Of a stretch of DNA of 64,000 nt, positions 24,895 to 37,350 are shown in pieces. Within the stretch, counting starts at the first letter, position 1; every line of letters begins with the position of its first letter. The notes beneath the pieces were generated by a model. That model worked only from the letters and a program-made list of their open reading frames with translations. It searched no databases and was not told the origin of the DNA. Position numbers and translations under genes: made by a program. This stretch comes from Gnetum montanum (Eukaryota > Plantae > Gnetophyta): assembly GCA_015680685.1 (NCBI GenBank), contig MNCI01003240.1, positions 347,468-411,467 of the forward strand, given 5' to 3'.

Positions 24895-26622
24895 TATACT
24901 GACCTAAATCGTCGGTGTAAGGATGGAATGGAAAAAAAACACCAAAAGATCATCGAGCAGACATAGATGACCCTACCTTTGCCTGAGGGAAAGCTAGAAA
25001 AGGAAATGAAGGTAGAGTGCCTTGGATGGTCTGCATGCAAATGAACCAAGGACTTCCCTGACCATAAACTATGGCCTGTGCTGGGGTTATCATAACTGAT
25101 GTTTGAAACATAAAGAGTGCACATGAAATGTAAACAGAAATGCAGAATTAGTATTGAAAAATAGAATGTAAACTAAATGTAAAATAGAGAAAATAATATA
25201 ATGGTTGGAAAAATGAACTGTATTGTATTGCTTAGAAAAGATGTGCACCGGTCAAAGCGTAGCTGCACCTATGGATGGCAAGTCAAGTGCCAAGCCTCGT
25301 GCTGATGTGACGTGTTTCAGAAGTGCTTGGATGCTAGGAATCAAGTGTGCCCGAGTGCCCAAGGATTACTGGTCTGAGTTTCCTAAGCCATCAACCTTCA
25401 AAATTGCCAACCCCATTTATGTGGATTGATAGGGTATTTATAGGGTTTTCCAAGTTCGGGCATAGAATTCATGGATGGAATCAATGGCTGAGAGATGAGA
25501 GGAAAACAAATCATGTGACATGTGTTCCATGGATAACTGTATGTGAGTTGGACATGCACGGGCAAGCTACATTCTCCACCAGGTGCATTGTATCTTACAA
25601 TGTGTGTTAACTTAGTCAAGCTAGCTTATGCTCATGGAAGCACATACAATTAGAGCATAAGAGCCTGACAAGCTTACAAATGAAAATTTACAATGAAATG
25701 ATAATGTACAATAAGAGAAATTGACTCTGGCTCACTTGAAACTTCTAGATCTCTAAATTGATTGCTGCAAGATGTGGATTTGAGTGATTCTGTGGCTATT
25801 TGAAGCATTTTTGCCTGATCAGGACTTCCAGCATCAGTTGATTTTTTTTTGGCATGTCCTCAGTGTGCTGATGCTACACTCATGGTACACTTACACTATA
25901 CTCATGTTGCCAACGTGACCTCAATGTGAGTGAGGTAGAATGATGGATTTTCCAACAAATTTAAATTTTTGAAGCCTAATTCTTGAAGTGTGAGAATTTA
26001 TTGACTATGATTGACCTTGCAAATGATCTTAAAATCAGAAATTGAGCCTGATGTGACTTGTTTTAAACCACTTTTGGGTGGCTCACGCTGGACTCATGCT
26101 GCCAACGTGAGTGAAGTGTGACCACAACGTGAGCTGCAAAAACTTGTAATTTTTGGACTTGAAATCTGGAATTCTAGAGGCTGAAGTCTAAAGTTGTTAA
26201 CAATGAACCCTGAGGATGACTTGCACTTTGGAAATCAGGTCATTTTGACTCAATTTTGGGCTTTGAAAGTTACTCATGCTGCACTCACGCTGCCAGCATG
26301 ACCTCAGCGTGAGTGAAAATGTGAGTAAGGAAATTTGCACCTTTTGACATTGAAATTTGAATCCCTAAATGCTGAAGGTTGGAGTTGACATCAGTGGACC
26401 TTGAGGATGGCTTGCACCTTCATATTGGGCCAGCTTTGACTTGATTTTGAAGCTATCGGAGTTACTCATGCTAAGGGCAAGCTAGCTTGATAGTGTGAGC
26501 AAGCTGGCTCTAGCAAGTTGGGAATGAGTTCCATGTCTTAGTCAAATTTTGTCTCCCAAAAGCTAGAAAGGCTTTGGTTTATTCTTGTTTCAAAGTGCTA
26601 GGATAAAATTAGTGGTGTTTCA
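24895..26622 (-). repeat. 5' LTR of element B
   Basis: TATACTGACC (TG>TA)...GGTGTTTCA; direct repeat of 7935-9641. Confidence 0.95.
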
Positions 26623-26689
26623 AGCAACAATGATGTAGAGAGCATGCGAAATAACCACCACTAGAGTTTGAATGAGGGAAATGGATCTT

Positions 26690-26706
26690 CCCTCCTTCTA
26701 GCATCA
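26690..26706 (-). other. Primer binding site of A, tRNA-Asn-like
   Basis: Plus strand CCCTCCTTCTAGCATCA, 6 nt from the LTR terminus; same motif as B. Confidence 0.8.
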
Positions 26707-26712
26707 AAAAAT

Positions 26713-28445
26713 TGTAGTGACCAAAAATGTTGGTGGTTGGAATATTGAGGGGTCTATAGATGCACATTCCTATCCTTGAGTCCATGTGAGGCCTACTAGA
26801 GGTGGAGACAAGGTGCCCAGAATGGTCTTATCGATCAAACATGGACTTATCAAATGCAATGCCAAATGATGCTAAGTGTTTGTGTGGTGTTCATAGTGTT
26901 AGTGGTGTCAACAGGGGTGAGTGTAGTCAAGGGATTTTAGTGCAAAACAAAGGTGTCAACATGTGATTGTGCATGAGAGTAGAAAAAAAATGTAGGTAAA
27001 ATGCCAAAATGCTAAAAATGCACAAAAAATAGAGTGAGAGAGAATGGGACACCACCCCAAATGGAGTTGAGCATAGTTAACTTCATAAGGGATGAGAAGG
27101 AATGCAGTGTACAAAAAGCATATTAGATAGTGTATTCATAATCTCAAGATGTCTGGACATGAAGATTGACATTCTACCATGGTGTCTAGGCCTGTTGGAT
27201 TGGTTGTTGTGGTGTGCATTATATTGCAATGGTCTATGATGTCTTGCGATGAACTACAGTGGTGTGTAACCTTACCAAATGCTAATCCAAAATTTGCCAA
27301 TGCCTCGACTTGCCAAAATTCCAAATGCACTCCAAATTTTCTAACCTTACTTCAATTTTTCCAACCTCTAAAATGTAGAGGGTTAGGGTATTTATAGGCC
27401 TAGATTTAGCGTGAAATGCTGATTAGCTGCCATGTGGTAGTGGGATAGTTGGGACTACCCTCCACCGAACTACACTCTCCACTAAGGTAAGTAATGTTAT
27501 GCTTTTCTCTATTCTACTAGACTCTACAAGAATCTAAGACAATGATGACACTGCCAACTGCATGTGCATGTGTTGAAAGGATCACAATGTACCTGAAAAA
27601 ATGTAACTTTGGAGACTACGCTCTAGGACTACATTGTCCACTGTTTGGAGTGGGGTTGAGTGTAGTTACAATTTGGGGATAAAAAGGGGTACAAAAAGAT
27701 GCATTTTTACTAAATACACTTTCTAGAAGTTCATTGGAGTTAATTTGAATGCCAGTGCTATGTTATGGAAGCTGTTGGAGGTTGTTCTAGTGGAATACAC
27801 TTAACTATGCTCTAAACTAGGGGAGAGCATAGTTCAACACCTAGAAACATTTTGTAGAAAAGTGGCTATGTGCTAACTATGATCTCCATGAGAGGCTAAG
27901 TATGTTTCCAACTAAGATCAAGCATAGTTTCGGCACTGAAAAAGTTTTAGAAAATCTAGTGTCTAGTCGACTATGCTTGAGTACACTCCAAGGTAGTGAA
28001 GAGCGTAGTCTCAATAGTTAGAACAAATCTACCAAAATTGGGCCTTCATGCTAACTACACTTGACTACACTCTAGGGAAATGGAGAGCATAGTCTCAACA
28101 CTTAGAAAAATCTATAGCTACTAGCTTGACACTTATAAAAGTTTGCAAATTTGGCCTTTGGTGTTGACTACACTCTTTACTAAGCTGACTATGCTCTAGG
28201 GCAATGGAGAGTGTAGTCTCAACACTTAAAAAATTTTGCAACTTCTTTCTTCATGACAACACTTAGGCAAAATTGCAAAGAATTAGTTTTTGGAGTTGAC
28301 TATGCTCTCTACTGGGTTGACTATGCTTTGGCGCAATAGAGGGAATTATCCTAGCACTTAGAAAAATTTGCAAAAAGTGGTCTCATGCTAACACTTAGGA
28401 AAATTTGCAGTCGAGATGTTGTGGCTTAAATTTGGTGGTGTTTCA
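26713..28445 (-). repeat. 5' LTR of element A
   Basis: TGTAGTGACC...GGTGGTGTTTCA termini resemble the B LTRs. Adjacent to the PBS. Shares the GGGTATTTATAGG (minus-strand TATA-like) motif with the B LTRs. Confidence 0.85.
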
Positions 28446-30206
28446 ACATATTTCTTAAGAGTTGGGTTTTCCTAGGAGACATCTTGGCAAGGTCAGAGAT
28501 GACCTATATAGCTAGGAAAACTTTTGAATATACCTATCCCAATTTGAGAAATAGCCATAAAAAGATGGAAAATGATGGAAACAACTAGGGAGAATATGAG
28601 AAGACTTGGGAAACATCTCAAGAGTCTTAGATTAAGTAAAGGAAATATTTATAGGTTTTTTATCTTGTGGTTTATCATATATATTATTGTATTCACCATT
28701 GCTAAGAACCATGAGTAAGAGATAGAGCTCTTAAATGTTAAGAGTTAAGTAAGAGAGAGTGGGTAAGCACATCAAGTGAGTATAATTGGTGATTACAGCT
28801 TCAAGATCAACGTGTGGTATGTTGGTCTATGTGTTTTATTCTATTGTATCTTACTTATGAGTCAAGATCTCAGTTCTAGGTTATGGAAACGATTCTCTAT
28901 TGGTTGTGTCTTGCATTAAGAATAGACATTATGTGGTTGTAGAGCATTATTCTTTGCAATATCATTTGAGTATTATACCTTTTGATGGTTTTTTGGTTTT
29001 GAGATTCCTATTATATTCTTCTAATAATTTAATTGAAAATAGCTAGTTTTCTTGTTTTCTACCAAAAATATTTATCTTTGCATAATATCTGGATTTAGTA
29101 CATGAAGGTGATTTATTTGTGAAGTGAACTTGCTTCAAATAGTTTGTCCTATGACTACTAGCTTATGCTAGTGTATTCTCATACCCTTTTCTTATGCTTA
29201 TTAAGAGTAAAACTTGAAATCTCTTAAATAAAGTGATATTTGATGTATTCTATAGTTGTGCATCTTAAGATTTAAACTCTTGACTTCTTGTTCATACATA
29301 TTTTATATATATTTATATTTTATAATTATTTTATTTTCTAATTGTTTCTACTAACCTTGTCACTTTCTAAAATGGATAGATTTGAAGGGTGCTAGTGGCC
29401 CATTACTTTTAATGTTTTGGAATAATAGAATTATATTGTGTGAACATAGCATGCTAAATATAATTTAGGATTTATTTTGAACATTAAGAACTTATTTGAG
29501 GATGGGTGTGGCTTATTTCTAATAATCTCTCATGGTGGCTTGAACCCTTGAGCATGGCTATTATAGGTAACTTGAACCTTTGTGCTTGTGTGTAAAACTT
29601 GATTTTGGAATTTAATTTGTTAATTTTATCATTTTGAAAATCCTATCTTATGGCTATGAATAATTAATAGTGGCTTCTTCTCTTGACATTAATTAGAATT
29701 ATTTCTGTCTTACTATGGCTCTCTTCTTTTGGCTATGCATAATGAATTCTCTTGAAAATTTCTTGATCCTAACCTATCTTTGGTATGTAGTTCTCATGAG
29801 AAGATTATTTAATACATATAGAGCTTTTCCTTCCATCAATTCATTTCAAATAGAGGAAATGGTATTTTTTGCATATGTTTGCTTATACTATGTTTCTCTT
29901 CTCATATTCTAGTGTTGATCATGATGTTGCAATAAATCTTGTATTATTTGCCTTTTTGTGCAATTCTTTGTCTTCTTACTTCCATTTTTGCATTTTCAAC
30001 ATATTTTCTATGTGAATGCCTATGGTGACATGTTTTCGTAGACTTTGCTTATTTGTTACGAGTTACAAAGTTTGTTATGACTAACTCATGAAATTTTATG
30101 TACATTATGATATCAAGTCGTGATGAATCTTGGGGTTATAATATAAGTTATTACAAATGAGAAATACATTTTTTGAGGCAACATAACATGAGTGGCATCT
30201 AACATA

Positions 30207-31508
30207 TGTTAACCTTTTGGTATGTCAAAACCTTAAGAAAAATGAAGAACAAGGATGCTTGTGTGGTTGTTGTGTGTGTAGGACAAGAACTTGAATTAAG
30301 ACAAAAGGAGAGCTCAAAGAAGAAGGACATTTACAAGGTCTCCATGAAGTATGCAGGAGTTCAAAGAACATGGACAAGAAATGAAGACTCCAAAGCTCAA
30401 CTTTGATGTTCAAAAGGAAGCCTTAGCATTGAAGAATTAATTTCAAAGAAGACATATCCAATAATCAACAGACATCTCCCATCAAGTGAATATGTATCCT
30501 AATAGTAATATATTTCTTTGTTGAAGCAAATAAGAATTAGTGAAGACATCTTGCAAAAATAGTAGATGTCTTGGTCGAAGTAAAGAAGAACCATTGAAGA
30601 CATCTTGCAAAAATAATAGATGTCTACTATCAAGAGAAGATGTCTCCCTAATGATGAAGATGTCTTGGTTGAGTTGAAGTTTTCTCAAGAGAAGACATCT
30701 CTCAAAAATAGTAGATGTCTTTCTTGTAAAGAAGACATCTCCATGAAGACATTTCCTTAGAGATGTCTCCCTTATGAAGAAGACATATTTTCTAAATGGA
30801 AGTTCGATGTAGTGATATGTCTCATTATCGAAGAAGACATCTCCAACGACCATTAGATAGCTATTGCACAAATTTTGAGATTATTTTAGAAACATTTAGT
30901 CTATAAGAATACTTCATTCTCTTGGAAAATATGCAAGCAAGTGTCAATATTAAGCAAACATTGTGCATATTATTCTATTATTTTTGTGTGCCTCATTATA
31001 CTAATGTCAGAGATATGTTTTGTTGTATCTCAAAGTGTAAGGAAAAACAAGTTAGTTTCATCCTTTCCTTGTAATTCTTATTTCTCTTATGTTGTCCTAT
31101 GGGGTTGATGTGCTTCTTGCAAAAGGGCATCATCCTTGAGTGTGTTGGGATCCTATGGGATTGAGTGTTGGTGTAGCACCACAACACTCTAGATTGAAGC
31201 TCAAGTTGTAAAGGTTATGAAATCTTGGAAACCACATTTTAAGCTTGTCGAGACCTTATAGGGTTGAGTGGATTCATGGCATTGAATCACTCTAGAGCAA
31301 AGCTTAGAGCTGTACAAGTTCTGATACACTTCAAACCACATTTTGAGAGGAACAAAGGTTATAGATGTGCATACAATCTACCATTTGAGTATGGACTACC
31401 CAAGTTGGGAAACCATGTTAAATTTAGTTATGGTCTTTTTGGCTGAAAATTCTATTTTGGAAACTTATTCATCTTCCCTTGGCCTTCTAAGTTCAATGAT
31501 CCTCAACA
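30207..31508 (+). repeat. LTR-like segment containing a GAAGACATCT/AGATGTCT repeat cluster
   Basis: TGTTAA...TCAACA ends. Many GAAGACATCT and AGATGTCT units at 30445-30845, followed by CTATAA. No TSD found. Confidence 0.35.
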
Positions 31509-32509
31509 TCACTGATGACAATAAAAAGGTAACTAGCTAACATTATAGATGTGTATGGACACATTCATACCATAGAAAGACTAAGAAAATGGATCTTAGG
31601 ATTTAATTTAATTTTCTCATTAGTAAACATGAATTCAAAAGAAGGTAACTAGTACATTGTTAGTAGCTTGGTCATGGTAAGTTGGCTTCAAAGTTAACCC
31701 ATCAATGTAGTGGCATACTGTCAAGTATTAATAAACCTTAGGTTATAGTAATAAGCTATGACTTAGAATAATTATAGGATTGATACTAGCCTAAATGCAA
31801 CTTAATAGGTAATTTTTAGTATTGAGGATGGTTTAGAGAGGTGAGATTTCTAACCAAATGGTCTTTTATGGCTAGTTTAATTTATTATTAACCTTATAAT
31901 TATTCTAATTTTTGATGTGGTAACTCATCAAATATCACTGAGTAATAACGATGCATGATTTATGATAATTATTAAACCAATGGTTACATTAATTATTATT
32001 TGTTCTTAGCTAACAATGTATCTTGCAACTTCTAGGCCTCATCTTCAAGTCGTATACTAGGATTCCTTGAGGTGGTTTCCTCTATAGTAAAGGTGTGCCA
32101 ACCTTTCATATATGTTTTATGTAGATTGTGTGGGATGCATTTGAGGAGGACAAGAAGGTATTGGAAGAAGGATTAATATTTCTTAGAAGCTCATTTTTTC
32201 TTGGTTTATTTCATTTTATGTTCGAACACTTAATGGATATTTTTATTTTAGCCATGAATATGGATTCCATAAATCTCTAATGTAACATTGTATTAAGGCC
32301 TAAAGGACATTACTTTGTTAAAATTTTATTTATCGTGCAGATTTTAAGTTACTTAAATTATTTATGATATTTCATAGGGTTTATATGATTTTATAAGAGT
32401 TTTATGTACTTAAGAAATTTTTAAGTTCTTTATTTTATTTCTTCACATGTGCATGAAATGGTTAATTTAAATAATTTTAAAATATTATTTTAGGGTTGTG
32501 ACACAAAGA

Positions 32510-34600
32510 TTAGTTAAGACATATAAATAATTGATTGGAACTAAGAAGAGGAAATTTATTAAAGAGTAGAAAGAATATTTTTCTTACATCATTAACAAGG
32601 AGCTTAGATAGTCTTAATAGTGTTTTCATCATAAATCCTCTTCATCATTTAATTTTTCTTTCTAAGATATGTGTTGATTTTACAATACCTTATTTATAGA
32701 AAAAGATGATAATTCTAATGCTATTATATACCAAACACCTCTCTAATTTATTCTTGAGGAAGTAATAGAGGATATTTAAAAACTAGCATATAATAAAGTT
32801 GTAGATTCAGATGGTTTATATGTAGAACTAATAAAGTGGATAGGACCTATTATTTATAGAGGAACTTGGCACAAATCAAATTCAACACTGGATTAAGGAT
32901 TAAATCAACATAGGAAAACAAGTAATACTATCATTTTATATAAAAATAAGAATAAAAATAACTCTAACAATTATCATATGATTGTTGTGAGTAATACGTT
33001 TCCTAAGTTATTATTCATTTTATTAGCAAAAAGAATTAGTTCCTAGCCTAAAACTAACCAGATTAGGGCAAGGTGTTAAGCACATTTTTTTTTGACTTTG
33101 CAAGAAAGCCTAATAATTGTTTTTTGTTGATTTTGAAAAATCATATGATTTAAGAGTTCATAAAAATCTATGGTTTTACTAGCATAAAATTATCTTCCCC
33201 AAAGAGTCAATTAAAACAATATAAATAAATGATTATTGAAAATACATATAGTAATTCAAAAAAAATTTCAATTCTAGAGCAAAATTGGAGTTAAGCAAGA
33301 TTTTTCACTTTCTTTAACTCTCTTTGATATCTTTATTAATGAAATGTATGAAAAGTTATGCAACATGCAAGATAGTCATGCTATCAAAACTAGATCCCAA
33401 TTAGTTAATCTTATTCTACATAAAGATGATGTTGCTATAATCTCCACTACTATGGAAAGTATGCAAAGTATGTTGCAAATTTTAAAAAATTATTGCTACT
33501 CATCTAGTTTTCAAGTAAATCTAGATAAAACTAATTTAATGATTTGGGATATAAGAAATGCATGTTACACCTTTATTTTAAAGGTACCAATGTACAAATA
33601 GTAAATTCTTTTAAATATTTGGATCTTATTTCTATGAATAATTACAAGTGGGGGAAGTGCATTAAATAAATAATGTTAGGAGGTTTCAAGGATTTCCATG
33701 CTTTCAAAAAAAAGTACAAGAATTTAGGACTTTGGGCTTAAAAGATCAGAAAATAAATTTTCCAAACTATCTTTTTTCTAGTGTATTGTACATGTGTTGT
33801 TTTGGGACCTAGAGTCAATGCTAAAATTTGTAAAGATATTGAAAGATTGCAAAAAGTAATTTTCCTAGATAAGTTAAATATGAAGATGCAAACATATTAT
33901 TTAATGCTATTATCAAAATGTGATTTATTATCTTTAGAAATAAAAGCCTTGTGTCAATTCATTGCATACATTTATAGCATAAAGAACTTAGTGCAAGACA
34001 AATTCTCTAAAATAGTTCTTGAGTATTCATGAGATCATAGTTGGTATTTTTAGAGAAGATAGTGTTTAAAAAATGAAACATATTTTACAAGTATAGCAAA
34101 ATCTTAACCTTAGTGGCCAATTAGTCAAGCAAAAGGTTAGCATAGCTATGGTCTAATATAAAAGGTAAGAAAAAATTTTATTTATATAACATTAGATCTA
34201 ATAAACTAGATGTAGAAACTCATTGTATCTTTTAGTTTCTATTCTAATCAAGTATTGGAGTTCTATTACAAAGCTCTGCTTAAGTTTACATCATTTTAGA
34301 ATTGAAAGTGGAAGGTGAATTTAACTACCTCAAGAAGGATGCACTTGTAGGTCATGTAAGTCATGAGCCCTTGAGAATGAGTTGCATATGTTTTTTTGTT
34401 TTTTGTTTTTAGTATTTTTTTCTACCATGACTACCCATTTGAAACAATGTTATAATGTTATACTAAAAAATTTCTATGATTTATTTTAGTTGTCCTTAGT
34501 GGTACTCGGTTGATTTATAGAGTTTGTCTTTATTTTTCATGAAAATATAATATCTATTCAATAGATCTCAAGGATACTTACATGTAATAACACTCTAGAT
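32510..34600 (+). mobile_element. Decayed non-LTR retrotransposon (LINE), RT and C-terminal region
   Basis: KLAYNKVVDSDG (~32780), NNY.MI, FVDFEKSYD (~33125), GVKQDFSLS..LF (~33290), LHKDDV (YADD position), VNLDKT, FKYL, HFRIESGR..C..C..ENELH (~34290-34390). Confidence 0.85.
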
Positions 34601-34769
34601 TTAGTTTAATATTATGATCCTTGAAGCAAAGATGATGCCCTTAAAAGTTGAAACTATTTGTCACTTTATTGTCTACATAACTACACTCATAATCCTTTTG
34701 TTCAAAAAATAAGAGTATTGGATAAAATTATGGGTTTAGGTAGCTTAACAACTATTATGAATGTTTATG

Positions 34770-36251
34770 TCTATGTGTTAAATTTTAAAATATAAAATGA
34801 AATATAATAACAAACTAAGCAAAAAAGAAAGAGAAGAGGCTAAATAACGAAAATGGGATTCCACATCCCATGCCAAACTAGGCCGATGTGGCACTTTCAC
34901 ATTAACCTCTCAATCCAATCTATACATAATTTATCTCCATATTTCACATAGAATATGATGGAAATTGCCAATATCATATCTAGGAAATTACCAGATTGAA
35001 AAATGTGAGAAAGGATATTTCTAAATACATCTTCAATACTCCTCCTCAAACTATGAAGGTGGCAATGCCAAAATCATAGTTTGCCTAAATACATCTATAA
35101 TCAAGATGATAGAAGATAGTGAAATGATCATTGAAGCAATGATGAAATAATCTCAAAATAACAATCATGAAATGATCACCCAACACTAAAATATTGATAC
35201 AGAAATAGGCAATGACAAAATGAGTGTTGTTACAAAGGAGGATTGGAACTTATTGGAATATCATAACATCAGCAAGAAAAAACACAAATCCCCATAGAAA
35301 AAATGTGAAGTAGTCCCTAATGAAAAATGATGATTGTCATAGCATAAACATGCAAGATCAACATGCATTCTTTCATGCTTCCGATAGAGAATATGAGAAT
35401 GATGGCAATAGTAGTGAAAGCAATAAAGAAACATTGAACATCACAAACTTGCCTCGATACTATGTCAAATTTAAAATTTAAAATAAAATATAATAGAAAC
35501 AAACTATATAAAAAAGAGAGAGAAGAGGCTAAACAACGAAAATGTGATTCCACATCCTTGGCCAAACCAAGGCCTATAATGAGGTACTTTTACATTAACA
35601 TCTCAATCCAATTTATACATAATTTATTTTCATATTTAATGTAGAATATGATGGAAATTTCCAATATCATATATGGGAAATTACTAGATTAAGAAAGGTG
35701 AAAAACGATATTTCCAAATACATCTCCAACACTCCTTATCAAACTGTGATGGCGATAATGCCCAAATCACAGTTTGCCCAAATATATTTGCAATCAAGAT
35801 GATATAAGATAGTGAATTGATCATTGAAGTAGTGATGATATAATCTCAAAATAGTAGCAATGAAATGATCTCCCAATAGCAAAATATTGATATAAAAATA
35901 GACAATGATAGAATCATCATTGTTACAAAGGAGGATTGGAACTTGCTAGAATATCATAACATCAGCAAGAGAAAACACAAATCCCCATAGAAAAAATGTA
36001 AAGTAGTCCATGTTGGTGAAAAATGATGATTGTTACAGCATAAACATTTAGGATCAACACCCACTCTTCCATGCTTGAGGTAGAGAATATGAGAATGATG
36101 GCAATAACAGCAAAAGGAAAAAAGAAACATTAAACATCAAAAACCTACTTCAATACTATGTTAAATTTTAAAATTTAAAATGAAATATAATAAAAAAAAT
36201 ATGTAGAAAAGAAAGAGAAGAGGCTAAATAATGAAAATGGGATTTCACATA
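34770..36251. repeat. Tandem direct repeat, ~690-700-bp unit, 2.1 copies
   Basis: Units start near 34775, 35461 and 36157 (aaattt(t)aaaat..gagaagaggctaaa..gaaaatgggatt). The third unit is cut by the LTR at 36252. Confidence 0.9.
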
Positions 36252-37214
36252 TGATGAGTCATGGTTTGTCAGGCCCCGTTATCAAAGCCTTATTATCGGA
36301 GCCCTATTATCTAATGAGTTCCAATATTAGAGCCCTATTATTTGATGAGTCCCAATATTGGAGCCCTATCATCAGACCCCAAATATCGAGGTTATGTTAA
36401 CTAGGCCATGTATATGGGGCCCCATATACACGGCTGCATTGACGTGGCCCTGTCGACGCATCCACCGATGCATTGACATAGCCCCGTTTACGCAAAGTCT
36501 ATTCTTAGCTATAAATAAGTGTGCACCCACTACACTTGGGCATATTTTTGTCAATTGTAGTGAAGCTCTTACAGTTTGTTTCCATGATATTTAGAATATT
36601 TTCCAAGTGCCCACAGTAGGTGTAAGAAAGGTTTTTGGCTCTTTATTTGAGTGATGATGTATCTGAGCCCATTGGCATGAATGGAAATAAAGACAAGCTT
36701 TTCATTCATTCCTTGCAGCAATTGGACTTAGTTATTTAATGCATTTGATAATTTGATATTTCTATGCTTTAATAGTCCTTAAATTTCTCTTGTTATTATT
36801 TTAATTGCTATCACTTGTTCATAGTTCATAGAAACCATAAGTACGACCATCTCGAACGTAAACCCAACGCTTGGCAACCCAACGATGCTTAACGTCTGGT
36901 AACCCAGTAGTAGTTAGGGGATGCTCAGGACATGCCCAGAAGATGGGATCGGATACTTATGCTAGGAATAGTTAATATATAGATTAGGATAATTATAGAT
37001 TATATAATATTCCATTCCTTACTTTCCATACCTTAATTAGATACCAAAAGAGAAAGTAAAAATCCTTAAAAATTAGTTCCCTCAATCTCACTTAACCATT
37101 GTCACTAGAACATCACAAGTGAGGTTGGGAAGACAATGAATATTCTAACAAAGGGTTTTGCTGGTTAAGGTTTGATTCGCATGGTTGGGCATAGGGGTAC
37201 CTAGCCGCTCATCA
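36252..37214 (+). repeat. 5' LTR of D, with internal GAGCCCTATTAT subrepeats
   Basis: 7-bp terminal inverted repeat; direct repeat with 41364-41901; CTATAAATA at about 36509. Confidence 0.92.
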
Positions 37215-37215
37215 T

Positions 37216-37233
37216 TGGCGTCGTTGCCGGGGA
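37216..37233 (+). other. PBS of D, tRNA-Asp type
   Basis: TGGCGTCGTTGCCGGGGA, the typical Athila PBS. Confidence 0.9.
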
Positions 37234-37350
37234 CGGTGCTAGTTATCTAGATTAGTTATATCATACAAGATTGCTATAACAAGTATTAACAATATATCCT
37301 TTAGAAAAAAATTAAATTAAATTCAATTAAGTCACACACAGTTCACAACA

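Larger units (their letters stand above)
7935..26622 (-). mobile_element. Element B: full-length (18.7 kb) Tat/Ogre-type Ty3/gypsy LTR retrotransposon, decayed, nested in A
   Basis: Paired ~1.7-kb LTRs; TSD AACAA (7930-7934) vs AGCAA (26623-26627); PBS; PPT; gag, PR, RT, RH, aRH and INT all recognisable on the minus strand. Confidence 0.95.
1..28445 (-). mobile_element. Element A: old Tat/Ogre-type Ty3/gypsy LTR retrotransposon, left-truncated by the window and interrupted by element B
   Basis: 5' LTR at 26713-28445 and PBS at 26690-26706. Leader, gag and protease remnants continue left of 7935, followed by the antisense gene at 37-3150. Organisation is collinear with element B. Confidence 0.85.

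Noticed and set aside
28446-32503. Possible long chromovirus-type LTR hosting element A, ending GGGTTGTGACA
   Set aside because: No partner LTR, PBS/PPT or TSD visible in the window; not supportable.
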